A DNA stretch of 63,667 bases, the filler included, from Candidatus Woesearchaeota archaeon (lineage in GTDB: Archaea > Nanobdellota > Nanobdellia > Woesearchaeales > GCA-2685855): the NCBI GenBank assembly GCA_002685855.1. It is 5 parts of 5 records of this genome, joined end to end, with 100 filler letters (N's around TTAATTAATTAA, not from the genome) between each part and the next. Parts side by side here need not be neighbours in the genome. Positions count along the whole stretch, not along the records: positions 1 to 21,309 come from NYYS01000011.1; 4 more parts are not named here. One strand, written 5' to 3'. The translations under genes were made by a program, and so were the position numbers. The notes below the pieces were generated by a model. That model was not told where the DNA came from and did no database searches. It worked only from the letters and a program-made list of their open reading frames with translations. How positions within the stretch are numbered: position 1 is the stretch's first letter; every line of letters starts with the position of its first letter. This document shows, piece after piece, positions 9,779 through 19,719 of the stretch.

Positions 9779-10846
9779 ATGGCATCCTTCCTAACCCAAA
9801 CATATTTCGGAAATACCATCCTTCAATACCTCTACTTCTTTGGAACATTATTAGGGGCATACATACTCGGTAAGATCATCTACTACATCAGCAAGCATGT
9901 AATAAGAAAGATCACAGCCAAAACAAAAAACAAGTTTGATGATATACTAGTAAATATCATGGAACAACCCCTGATCTTCATCCTCTTACTCGGAGGAATC
10001 TATTGGGGGAAAGATTTCTTAACTCTATCAGAGAGAATCTCTGAAATCTTTACAAACGGAATCCTCATGTGGGTAATTCTTCTTTTTGCCTGGATTGTTA
10101 CCTATTTTATTGATGCACTTCTTCTAACCTATGCAAGCCCTATAGCGAGCAAGACAAAGACCGACCTCGATGAAAACCTTATTCCCATCATCCGAAAAGC
10201 TATCAAGGTTATCATATGGCTCATCGCGTTCATCATGATCATCGATAACTTTGGCTATGATGTAACGAGTATGATAGCAGGTCTTGGACTAGGTGGCCTT
10301 GCATTTGCCCTTGCAGCCCAGGATCTCCTAGCAAACCTCTTTGGTGGAATAGCAATATTTTCAGATAAACCTTTCAAAATCGGTGATCGAATTCGTCTGC
10401 ACGAAAAAGGAACAGATGGCTGGGTAAATGAGATAGGAATACGCACAACACGCGTTAAAACCCTCGATGGAACACAACTTGTCATTCCAAACAGAATAAT
10501 TGCAGATTCCATTCTTGAAAATGTTTCAAAGGAAAAAGCCCGTAAGATGAAACTCCCAATCGGCGTTGAATACGCCACATCCAATAAAAAGATGGACGAA
10601 GCAGTAAAAATCATAAAACGCGTTATTGGAAAATATAAAAATACCGATGATAACCTCGGCGTAAAAGTATCTTTTACCGAATTTGGAGATTCCGCACTAA
10701 ATCTCTTGGTAATCTACTATATGGTCGATACATCCTTCTACTTTGAAACCCAGCACGACATTAATATGGCTATCAAGAAAGAGTTTGAAAAAGCCAAGAT
10801 CGGCATGGCATTCCCTACAAGAACAGTCTATATGAAAAAAGGGTGA
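9779..10846 (+). CDS. mscS: Small-conductance mechanosensitive channel
   Basis: GLGLGGLAFALAAQD..NLFGG, KPFKIGDRI, IGIRTT, FGDSAL, AFPT. Confidence 0.95.
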   Translation: MASFLTQTYFGNTILQYLYFFGTLLGAYILGKIIYYISKHVIRKITAKTKNKFDDILVNIMEQPLIFILLLGGIYWGKDFLTLSERISEIFTNGILMWVILLFAWIVTYFIDALLLTYASPIASKTKTDLDENLIPIIRKAIKVIIWLIAFIMIIDNFGYDVTSMIAGLGLGGLAFALAAQDLLANLFGGIAIFSDKPFKIGDRIRLHEKGTDGWVNEIGIRTTRVKTLDGTQLVIPNRIIADSILENVSKEKARKMKLPIGVEYATSNKKMDEAVKIIKRVIGKYKNTDDNLGVKVSFTEFGDSALNLLVIYYMVDTSFYFETQHDINMAIKKEFEKAKIGMAFPTRTVYMKKG

Positions 10847-10853
10847 ACCTAGT

Positions 10854-11120
10854 ATGACAAAAAATCTGAAAGAACTGGATGAGGACATCTTAGAACATAT
10901 CAAAAAAATCCATGAGCTCGTAGCAGAATGGAGCCAGACAACAAAGGAAGAATACAAAGAAAAAAGACTTCATGACAATTTTTATGAAGACACAAGCAGA
11001 TTAAAAAATGCAATAGAGGAAGAACTGAGCACTATCTATAAAGCTGTCATGTCTGAGAAAGAAATTAAAGAACACCTTAGTAAGATTAACAAGATCTTCG
11101 AAGATGAAATAGGAGATTAA
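10854..11120 (+). CDS. Hypothetical coiled-coil protein
   Basis: GGGTGA SD; 88 aa. Confidence 0.7.
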   Translation: MTKNLKELDEDILEHIKKIHELVAEWSQTTKEEYKEKRLHDNFYEDTSRLKNAIEEELSTIYKAVMSEKEIKEHLSKINKIFEDEIGD

Positions 11121-11430
11121 TTCTATCTTATTAGCTCAAAACCGTTTAGTCCGGAACAATGGGTAGATCTAAGGGCGCAATTACATAAGGCAGACAACCC
11201 TCTTTTTGTAAAAGGGTATTCAAATCTGGAAGGGGTACGTTCTTTAGAAGAATATTTTTTTGGTGAAAGCTCAGTAATCTACCTTCTTTCAATTCCAGAC
11301 GATCTTCCTTTATAAATTTTGTTGTTTCAAGCAAGCAACGTTCACCTTTTTTCAATCTCAAAATACAATCACCACATTACGAAAGATTTAAATACTGAGA
11401 ATTCCAAAATCAGTAAAAAGAGGTGGGTAT

Positions 11431-13848
11431 TTGGACAAAAGTAATGCATTGATTCTGTGGTTTGACCAATTAGGAATAGAGGATGTTAAATACACCGGAG
11501 GAAAGAACGCCTCTCTCGGTGAAATGTACAGGATTCTCACGCCAAAAGGCGTCGCTGTACCAAACGGATTTGCAGTAACAGCCCATGCCTATTTCTACCT
11601 CCTTGAGAAAGCAGGAATCAAAGACCAGATAAAAGAGATCCTCAAAGACCTCGATACAGGAAACATGGCCAACCTCCAGGAACGAGGCCAGAAAGTACGC
11701 CACCTTATCCGTTCTGCAGAATTTCCCGAAGACCTTAAAAATGCAATCTTCGAAGCATACCACCACCTCAGCAAACAATATGGAGAAAACACAGACGTTG
11801 CCGTCCGTTCAAGCGCAACAGCAGAAGACCTCCCTGACGCAAGCTTTGCCGGCCAACAGGAAACATACCTCAACGTCAGAGGAAACGACCAATTACTCGA
11901 TGCATGCAAAAAATGCTTCGCATCCCTCTTCACCAACCGTGCAATCAGCTACCGCCAGGACAAAGGATTCGACCATTTCTCAATCGGCCTCAGCATCGGC
12001 GTCCAGAAGATGGTACGATCAGACCTCGCTTGCAGCGGAGTTATGTTCAGTATCGACACAGAATCCGGCTTCAAAAACGCTGTCCTCCTCACAGGAGCCT
12101 ACGGATTAGGAGAAAACGTTGTACAGGGCGCAGTAAACCCCGACGAATTCTACATCTTTAAGCCCACACTCAGAACAGGATTCAAACCCATCATCCACAA
12201 AGCAGTCGGAGAAAAACACATGAAGATGATCTACGACATGCAAGGCAGCAAGAACACCAAAAATATTCCTGTAGATCCAACAGAAAGAAAGAAGTTTGTC
12301 CTAAATGAGGACGAAATACTCCAACTCGCAAAATGGGCAATCATAATAGAAGACCATTACTCAGAAAAAGCAGGCCATTTCAAACCCATGGACATGGAAT
12401 GGGCCAAAGACGGAAAAACAGGAGAGCTCTTCATCGTACAGGCCCGCCCCGAGACCGTCCATTCCCAAAAAGACAGCTCCAAACTCATAACCTACGAACT
12501 CAAAGAAAAAGGAAAGCTGCTCACACAAGGAAAAAGCGTAGGAGCACGCATTGGCCAGGGACCTGCCAACGTCATAAAAGATGTCCACCAGATCCACGAA
12601 TTCAAAAAAGGAGAAGTCCTGGTAACCGAAATGACCGACCCCGACTGGGAACCCATCATGAAGATCGCATCCGCCATCGTCACAAACCGAGGCGGAAGAA
12701 CATGCCATGCAGCAATCATCTCCCGCGAATTAGGAATCCCTTGTGTTGTCGGTTGTGGAACAGCAACAGAAGATATTCCTTCAGAACAGGACATAACCGT
12801 TGACTGCAGCGAAGGAGAAGACGGAAACGTCTACGAAGGATTCCTCAAATTTGAAAAAAACGAGATCAGCCTCAAATCCCTGCCAAAAACAAAAACAAAG
12901 ATCATGATGAACCTCGCATCCCCCGAACAAGCATTCCCCCAATCCTTTGTACCTAATAGCGGAGTCGGCCTCGCAAGAGAGGAATTCGTCATCAACTCCT
13001 ACATCAAGATCCATCCATTGGCCTTGCTGCACTTCGACAAAGTAACCGATCCCAAAGTACGCAAAGTCATCGAAGACCTCACCTTTGGCTACAAGAAAAA
13101 AGAAGAATACTTCGTCGACCTGCTCGCCAGAGGAGTTGGAATGATCGCCGCAGCATTCCACCCTAAGCCCGTCATCATCCGCCTCTCAGACTTCAAAACA
13201 AACGAATACGCCAACCTTATAGGAGGAACCTTCTTCGAACCAAAAGAGGACAACCCTATGATTGGCTGGAGGGGAAGCTCCCGCTACTACAGCCCGGGCT
13301 ACAAAGACGGATTCGCCCTCGAATGCCGCGCCCTCAAACGCATCCGCGAAGACTTTGGTTTAACAAACCTCGAAGTCATGATCCCGTTCTGCAGGACAGT
13401 AGAAGAAGGAAAACGCGTCCTCGCCACAATGGAAGAACACGGACTCAAACGAGGAGAAAACGGCCTCAAAGTCGTCTGCATGTGCGAAATCCCTTCAAAC
13501 GTCATCCTCGCAGAAGAATTCCTCAAAATATTCGACGGATTCAGCATCGGATCCAACGACCTCACCCAACTCACACTCGGACTCGACCGAGACTCAGAAC
13601 TCGTCGCAGACCTCTACGACGAACGCAACCAGGCAGTAAAAGACCTCATCAAACAAGTCATCGAAATCGCCAACAAAAAAGGAAAATACATCGGCATCTG
13701 CGGCCAAGCTCCATCGGACTACGAAGACTTCGCAACATTCCTTGTAGAATGCGGAATCCAATCCATGTCCCTCAACCCCGACACAGTAATCAAAACAACA
13801 CTTAAGGTAGCAGAAAAAGAAAAACAACTCGGCATCCAGCCCGAATAG
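11431..13848 (+). CDS. ppsA: Phosphoenolpyruvate synthase (TTG start)
   Basis: GGKNASLGEM, AVRSSATAEDLPDASFAGQQ, GGRTCHAAI, FSIGSNDLTQ. Confidence 0.98.
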   Translation: MDKSNALILWFDQLGIEDVKYTGGKNASLGEMYRILTPKGVAVPNGFAVTAHAYFYLLEKAGIKDQIKEILKDLDTGNMANLQERGQKVRHLIRSAEFPEDLKNAIFEAYHHLSKQYGENTDVAVRSSATAEDLPDASFAGQQETYLNVRGNDQLLDACKKCFASLFTNRAISYRQDKGFDHFSIGLSIGVQKMVRSDLACSGVMFSIDTESGFKNAVLLTGAYGLGENVVQGAVNPDEFYIFKPTLRTGFKPIIHKAVGEKHMKMIYDMQGSKNTKNIPVDPTERKKFVLNEDEILQLAKWAIIIEDHYSEKAGHFKPMDMEWAKDGKTGELFIVQARPETVHSQKDSSKLITYELKEKGKLLTQGKSVGARIGQGPANVIKDVHQIHEFKKGEVLVTEMTDPDWEPIMKIASAIVTNRGGRTCHAAIISRELGIPCVVGCGTATEDIPSEQDITVDCSEGEDGNVYEGFLKFEKNEISLKSLPKTKTKIMMNLASPEQAFPQSFVPNSGVGLAREEFVINSYIKIHPLALLHFDKVTDPKVRKVIEDLTFGYKKKEEYFVDLLARGVGMIAAAFHPKPVIIRLSDFKTNEYANLIGGTFFEPKEDNPMIGWRGSSRYYSPGYKDGFALECRALKRIREDFGLTNLEVMIPFCRTVEEGKRVLATMEEHGLKRGENGLKVVCMCEIPSNVILAEEFLKIFDGFSIGSNDLTQLTLGLDRDSELVADLYDERNQAVKDLIKQVIEIANKKGKYIGICGQAPSDYEDFATFLVECGIQSMSLNPDTVIKTTLKVAEKEKQLGIQPE

Positions 13849-14012
13849 ATGCATCATATTCCAATTCATATTTTATTCTGATATACTGGATCTTCTGAAT
13901 AAGCTTTGAAAAAAGGACTAGGAGAAGATTGGATGGAGAAAAGTTCGTTTAAATGGTATTAAACGACATTTTACTCGGACGAAACTTAGAATTAAGGTTA
14001 ATGGAGGACAAC

Positions 14013-14768
14013 CTAAGACGTAGAATTCTTCCACATTATTTCAAAGTAAGACCTGAAACTATTCGTTAATTCAACATCTCTAACTACGAATGCAATCGGA
14101 TTCTTTAACACCATGACAAATAGCACTGCCTCTGGAAAAATGTCAATCCAATTTGGACTAACTAATTTGTTCGGAAGATAACGAACTTCTGTTAGTTTCA
14201 TCTTCTTTCTAATTTTTCCATATACTTTTGCATTTGCATTGTAAATAATCTTCATCTTTAATTTTCTCTTTATTCTTCTTTTATGAAAATCTAAAAACCA
14301 CCCCTCCCATTTCACATTAGCGACTTTTGGAGCACCTAAAACCAACAAAGCATCCCCTGATTTAAAATCCATCATCAATTCTTCTCTTATTGCTTTTATT
14401 CCCTGAAATCCCTCATACATTTCTGCAATTCTCTTCTTAGAGGTTGAAGATCTTTGCATCATTAACTGAGGTAAAACTTCTGTTACAACGTCTTTCTTTG
14501 TTTTATCTAAATCATTTTCTTTCTTTTGTATATAATCCAAAATCATATGAGGATCATTTGCTAAAAAAAATTTAGTTCCCCCTTTCACAATATAACCAAC
14601 CAACCCCTTTTCAATTAATTTGTCAAGAATATCGTAAATTTTGGACTTTGAAACTTTACTTTCTTTTCCAATAGGACCAACCGTAGATTCTCCTAATCTA
14701 TTGAGAGCTAGATACACTTTAATCTCTCCTTTAGTCAATCCCAATTTTTCTAGTAAAGTTTCATCCAT
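14013..14768 (-). CDS. TrmB-family transcriptional regulator
   Basis: LGLTKGEIKVYLAL...KIYDILDKLIEKGLV wHTH plus a C-terminal effector-like domain. Confidence 0.9.
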   Translation of the reverse strand: MDETLLEKLGLTKGEIKVYLALNRLGESTVGPIGKESKVSKSKIYDILDKLIEKGLVGYIVKGGTKFFLANDPHMILDYIQKKENDLDKTKKDVVTEVLPQLMMQRSSTSKKRIAEMYEGFQGIKAIREELMMDFKSGDALLVLGAPKVANVKWEGWFLDFHKRRIKRKLKMKIIYNANAKVYGKIRKKMKLTEVRYLPNKLVSPNWIDIFPEAVLFVMVLKNPIAFVVRDVELTNSFRSYFEIMWKNSTS

Positions 14769-14887
14769 GAACTACTAAAAACACTTATTCTTTATTAATC
14801 TTTCTAAGAGTAACCCACCAAGGGGGAGACTAAGTTTATATATTGCAGTAGTTATTTCTTAAAAGTAATAACGACGGAGGAAAGAAA

Positions 14888-15457
14888 ATGGTAAACTTAA
14901 GAGATTTAGTGGGCGAAAATGCAACTCTTGATGAATTAGATGTACTCTTGAATGATGAATTAGAAACAGGCTTTGATTCATTTGATAAAGATGATATTCC
15001 AATAGTTTATGAAATAGGTAGGAGATATAGAGAAAGTGTTGGAAGAGATTATGATTCATTTCCAGAAGCAAAAATATTTCTCTCTTATCTTCAATGTGAA
15101 TTACGAGGAACATTCCTTCCAGAAAAACCACTTGAAGGAATTATGACACTTGCTAAAGTATACTTTAAAGATAAACCATCAGAAAGAAACCATAGAACAG
15201 CATCCAGGTTAGTCTCCTTAATGTTGGAAAATATTTGGTGGTGCGAAAGTCCAGAAGATCGTCATACCTCAAAAAGTGAAATATTAAAGATAGTTTCATC
15301 TGTTCAGAGAATGTTTTGGGAGGCAGAGGAACATGGTTTAAAATCTACGCAAGAACCATCTTACCATTTTACTGACGGAGTTAGCTTCATTTCTAGGCTT
15401 TACGATCCAACTAGAATGAAAGAATTTCGCGCTATTGAGGAGGCTAAAGCCTTGTAA
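14888..15457 (+). CDS. Hypothetical protein (AT-rich)
   Basis: GGAGG SD, TATA at about 14834-14842; divergent from the TrmB gene. Confidence 0.75.
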   Translation: MVNLRDLVGENATLDELDVLLNDELETGFDSFDKDDIPIVYEIGRRYRESVGRDYDSFPEAKIFLSYLQCELRGTFLPEKPLEGIMTLAKVYFKDKPSERNHRTASRLVSLMLENIWWCESPEDRHTSKSEILKIVSSVQRMFWEAEEHGLKSTQEPSYHFTDGVSFISRLYDPTRMKEFRAIEEAKAL

Positions 15458-15654
15458 TTGTTAAATCTAAAAAGTTTCGTCCTGCGTCATACGCCTCTAA
15501 TTTTGCCTTCAACAAAATGCTCGGGGACGCCACATTTCCCGCTTCGATCAACCCCCCGACCCCTTCTCCTACTCGAAAACACCACTCTCACAACCCCTAT
15601 TCACACCTATTTATAAACAAAACCTTTAAGAACCCCAAACCACTCCCCTAACCC

Positions 15655-15684
15655 ATGAGTTCAGTCCGTAAAGCCGGAAGTTAA
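15655..15684 (+). CDS. Candidate leader uORF MSSVRKAGS upstream of the polyamine operon
   Basis: ATG about 25 nt after TTTAAG; followed by T-tract 15714-15725. Confidence 0.4.
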   Translation: MSSVRKAGS

Positions 15685-15781
15685 ATCCCCTTCTAAAATA
15701 GACAATAAACCAATTTTTTTCTTTTCATAAGAATACCCTATCACAAAAGTATCCCCCAAAAAACCACGAGGAAAACACACA

Positions 15782-16798
15782 ATGGAACACGTACACGATT
15801 TTCAATGGAAACCCGGAATTTCAGTTAAGGAGATGGTAGACGCCTACGGCGGAATAGGCTTTCAAAGCCTCGAACTTGCCAGGGCAGCAGACGTATTTGT
15901 AAAAATGAAAAAAAACAATGCCAAGATATTCCTCACCTTCACATCAAACATGGTAACTTCAGGACTCAGAGGATTCTTTGCACAACTCATCACCCACGGA
16001 ATGGCAGACATCATCGTAACAACAGTCGGAGGAATCGAAGAAGACATCATGAAAGCACACGGAGAAAAATTCTCACTCGGACGCTTCTCAGCAGACGACG
16101 TTGAACTCCACGAACAAGGCATCAACCGCGTAGGAAACATTCTCATAAAAAACGAAAGCTATATGCGCTTCGAAGACCTCATCACACCCATCCTCCAAAA
16201 ACTCTACCAAAAACAGAAACGCTGGGCAGTATCAGAACTCCTCAGAGAAATCGGCCTCATGCTCAACGACCAAAACTCGATCCTCTACCAGGCAGCAAAA
16301 CACAATATTCCTATCTTCTGCCCCGCTATCACTGACGGAGCATTCGGATTCCACCTCTACCTCATCCAGCAAAAACATCCCGACTTCATCGTCGATGTCG
16401 TCAAAGACTTCGGAAACATCCTCTTCTCATCCAACTTCGATGAAAAAAAAGCAGTCATCGCACTAGGAGGAAGCATATCAAAACACCACGCCATCCTCTG
16501 CACACTTCTCAACGGAGGAGCAGAATACGCAGTCTACATGACAACCGCCCAGAAAACTTCCGGAAGCATGTCCGGTGCAACAACCGACGAAGCAAAATCC
16601 TGGGGAAAAGTTAAAGACGACTCCGACGTCTCAACCGTCATCGGAGACGTAACAATCATGTTCCCTCTTGCCATGATCAAAGCACTCGAACAACTCCACG
16701 AAGAACAATTACTAAACACAAAACAAGAACAACCAACAAAAACAAACAACCCCGAAATAAATAAAATCCAAGAGGATCAATACCATGCAAAAAGCTAA
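15782..16798 (+). CDS. Deoxyhypusine synthase family protein (DHS/SpeY-like)
   Basis: TSNMVTSGLR, GGIEEDI, NRVGNI, GSMSGA..EAKSWGK with catalytic Lys. Confidence 0.92.
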   Translation: MEHVHDFQWKPGISVKEMVDAYGGIGFQSLELARAADVFVKMKKNNAKIFLTFTSNMVTSGLRGFFAQLITHGMADIIVTTVGGIEEDIMKAHGEKFSLGRFSADDVELHEQGINRVGNILIKNESYMRFEDLITPILQKLYQKQKRWAVSELLREIGLMLNDQNSILYQAAKHNIPIFCPAITDGAFGFHLYLIQQKHPDFIVDVVKDFGNILFSSNFDEKKAVIALGGSISKHHAILCTLLNGGAEYAVYMTTAQKTSGSMSGATTDEAKSWGKVKDDSDVSTVIGDVTIMFPLAMIKALEQLHEEQLLNTKQEQPTKTNNPEINKIQEDQYHAKS

Positions 16799-17819
16799 AT
16801 TCATTCTCTCAAAAAAAAAGACCCTCGACCAATACAATAAAATAAAAGATATTGCAGACAACATATCCTACAGCCTCAAAACAAACCCCCAACTCATCTC
16901 AATACTTGAATCAGAAACAGACACACTATTCAGCCTCCACATGCAGAACGAACTCCACTACGTTAAAGACCAAAGCCGAATTATTTTCCTTGCACAAGCA
17001 TGGACGCCAAACGACATAGAACACCTTCTAAAAAAGAAGATAACACATTTTGTCGTCGATAACGAAACAGACCTCAACACCATCATTTCTTTTCTCAAAA
17101 CAACTAAACACAAAATAAAACTCTTCCTTCGAATGAAACTCAAAGAGAACACACTACGAACAGAACGCTACTACGTATTCGGCATGCCCTCAGAAACAAT
17201 AAACAAATACATACAACAACTCGCCAACCATCCAAACATCGAAGAACTCGGAATCCACTTCCACAGAAAAACACAGAACATGTCTGAATGGAACTACAAA
17301 TACGAACTCCAACAACTCATCGAACCAGAAACACTAACCATTATAACCTCAGTAAACATCGGTGGAGGACTCCCCTCCGCATATGCCAACACAAACATGG
17401 ACGTTTTCACAGGAATCTATCAAAAAATAAAAGAACTAAAAGAATGGCTCAACAAACACAACACCAAACTCATCATCGAACCTGGAAGATTCCTTGCAGC
17501 CTCTCCCATAAAACTCAAAACAACAATCATAGGAATCCACGAAAACACAATAATAGTAAACGCATCAGTCTACAACACTGACATGGATGCACTCATCGTC
17601 CCTGTAAAACTCCTCATCGAAGGAGAACTCCCAAAACAAACAGGAACCCCCTACATAGTCAAGGGACTCACCCCCTGCAGCCTCGACCTCTTCCGTTATA
17701 AAGTCTACCTTGACAACCCAAACATAGGAGACACCCTCACCTTTCTCAACGCAGGCGCCTACAACTTCACAACAGACTTCTGCGGACTCGAAAAACTCGA
17801 AACAGAGGTAACAGAATGA
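16785..17819 (+). CDS. PLP-dependent class II (alanine-racemase fold) Arg/Orn/Lys decarboxylase
   Basis: YSLKTN PLP lysine, HFH, NIGGG, IEPGR, GLTPCSLD, NAGAY. Confidence 0.88.
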   Translation: MQKAKFILSKKKTLDQYNKIKDIADNISYSLKTNPQLISILESETDTLFSLHMQNELHYVKDQSRIIFLAQAWTPNDIEHLLKKKITHFVVDNETDLNTIISFLKTTKHKIKLFLRMKLKENTLRTERYYVFGMPSETINKYIQQLANHPNIEELGIHFHRKTQNMSEWNYKYELQQLIEPETLTIITSVNIGGGLPSAYANTNMDVFTGIYQKIKELKEWLNKHNTKLIIEPGRFLAASPIKLKTTIIGIHENTIIVNASVYNTDMDALIVPVKLLIEGELPKQTGTPYIVKGLTPCSLDLFRYKVYLDNPNIGDTLTFLNAGAYNFTTDFCGLEKLETEVTE

Positions 17820-18673
17820 GCTGGATGCAACTCCCCAAAGAATATCAGAAAGGAACATTCACAATCCTTCCTATAGAATACGAACACAACCCAACCTACG
17901 GAAAAGGAGCATCCAAAGGATCAAAAGAGATCATAAAAGCATCCGAACACCTCGAATACTACGACGAACAATTCAACACCGAACCCTTCCTCAAAGGAAT
18001 AAAACAACTCCCAACATTAAACCTCAACAATGTAAAACCAGAAGAGATGATAGAACAGATAGCAACAACAATAGAACAAAACCAGAAAGAAATAACAAAA
18101 CAAAACAACTTCATAATAACCCTCGGCGGAGACCATGCAATAACCCTCGGAGTAATAAAAGGCCTCGAACAGATCCACAAAACATTCTCAATAATCCAGC
18201 TTGATGCACACGCAGACTTCCGCGACTCCTGGTCCTCTCCCTACAACCATGCATGCGTAGCCAAACAACTATCAAAAAACCACGACATCGCACTCATCGG
18301 TGTGCGTTCTATGGACAGCGACGAAGCAAAACAACTCAACCAACACAAGAACGTCCACCTCATCAAAGCCTACAACCTCACAAAAGAAAACATCATCAAA
18401 ACCCTTAAAAAACTCAACAAAAAAGTCTACATCTCCATCGACGTAGACGTCTTCGACCCGTCCATCATAACCAACACAGGAACACCCGAACCCGGCGGAC
18501 TCAACTGGAACCAACTCATCGAAATCCTCAAAGACATCTTCAAACATAAAACAGTCATCGCTGCCGACATCGTAGAATTCGCACCAAAAACAAACTACAC
18601 AGCCGAAGCCTACACCCTGGCAAAACTCGCATATAAACTCATGGCGTTAAAAGCTATAAAAAATAGCCTATAG
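17816..18673 (+). CDS. speB: Agmatinase (ureohydrolase)
   Basis: GGDHAI, DAHAD, SIDVDVFDP, TGTPEPGG. Confidence 0.92.
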   Translation: MSWMQLPKEYQKGTFTILPIEYEHNPTYGKGASKGSKEIIKASEHLEYYDEQFNTEPFLKGIKQLPTLNLNNVKPEEMIEQIATTIEQNQKEITKQNNFIITLGGDHAITLGVIKGLEQIHKTFSIIQLDAHADFRDSWSSPYNHACVAKQLSKNHDIALIGVRSMDSDEAKQLNQHKNVHLIKAYNLTKENIIKTLKKLNKKVYISIDVDVFDPSIITNTGTPEPGGLNWNQLIEILKDIFKHKTVIAADIVEFAPKTNYTAEAYTLAKLAYKLMALKAIKNSL

Positions 18674-18719
18674 CAAAATTTATAAACCACTTCTCTCCCC
18701 CCAAACCGAGGTGTTTTGC

Positions 18720-19718
18720 ATGATTAAAGTAGGAATTAATGGTTTTGGACGAATAGGCCGAATGGTCTTTCGAGCAGCACAAGAACACAACGATATAGAT
18801 GTAGTGGCAGTCAACGATCTAGGCAACCCGTCAGATCTGAAATACATGCTACAATACGATTCTGTTCACAAAGCATATCCTGGAGAAGTCAGTTCTAAGG
18901 ACGACCTTCTTATCGTAGATGGAAAGGAGATAAAGATATTCTCTTCAACAGATCCTGCACAGATTCCCTGGCACGAACACGGCGTGGATGTCGTTGTCGA
19001 ATGCACAGGAAGATTCAGGAAAAAGGAAGATGCCGAAAAGCACATCACCGGCGGCAAAGCAAAAAAGGTCATCATTTCAGCTCCTGGAAAAGGAGGTATT
19101 AAAAGCCTCGTCATGGGAGTGAACGAAGACATCTACGATAAAGAAAACGACCACGTTGTATCCAATGCATCCTGTACAACAAACTGCCTTGCCCCTGTCG
19201 CCAAAGTTCTCAACGATAACTACGGAATCGAAAAAGGATTCATGACCACAACGCACAGCTACACCGCTGACCAACTCATTGTTGACGGACACCACAAAAA
19301 AGACCCTCGAAGAGGAAGAGCAGCCGCACAAAACATCGTCCCAACATCAACAGGAGCAGCAATCGCAGTCACCGAATGCATCCCAGAACTCAAAGGAAAA
19401 CTTGATGGAATAGCACTACGTGTACCAGTTCCCTGCGGAAGCATCGTCGATCTAAATGCAGTCCTAAAAAAAGAGGTCTCAAAAGATGAACTCCACAAAC
19501 TCTTTGAAGATGTATGTAAAACACACATGAAAGGAATCCTTCAGCTCTCCTTCGAACCCCTTGTATCCTCAGACATTCTCGGAAACAACCACAGCTCGAT
19601 CGTAGACGGAGCACTAACCATGGTGAACGGAAACATGGTAAAAATCACTGCATGGTACGACAACGAATGGGGCTACAGCCACAGAATGGTCGACATGATC
19701 AGGCACGTAATGAAATAG
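18720..19718 (+). CDS. gap: Class I (bacterial-type) glyceraldehyde-3-phosphate dehydrogenase
   Basis: VGINGFGRIGR, SNASCTTNCLAP, WYDNEWGYS. Confidence 0.98.
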   Translation: MIKVGINGFGRIGRMVFRAAQEHNDIDVVAVNDLGNPSDLKYMLQYDSVHKAYPGEVSSKDDLLIVDGKEIKIFSSTDPAQIPWHEHGVDVVVECTGRFRKKEDAEKHITGGKAKKVIISAPGKGGIKSLVMGVNEDIYDKENDHVVSNASCTTNCLAPVAKVLNDNYGIEKGFMTTTHSYTADQLIVDGHHKKDPRRGRAAAQNIVPTSTGAAIAVTECIPELKGKLDGIALRVPVPCGSIVDLNAVLKKEVSKDELHKLFEDVCKTHMKGILQLSFEPLVSSDILGNNHSSIVDGALTMVNGNMVKITAWYDNEWGYSHRMVDMIRHVMK

Positions 19719-19719
19719 A

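Noticed and set aside
13849..13962. Degraded ORF remnant (...KKGLGEDWMEKSSFKWY)
   Set aside because: Short, interrupted by stops, and no recognisable family
13977..13987. Hammerhead ribozyme suggested by GGACGAAAC (also on the minus strand at 15472-15482)
   Set aside because: No CUGANGA box or stem II partner upstream on either copy
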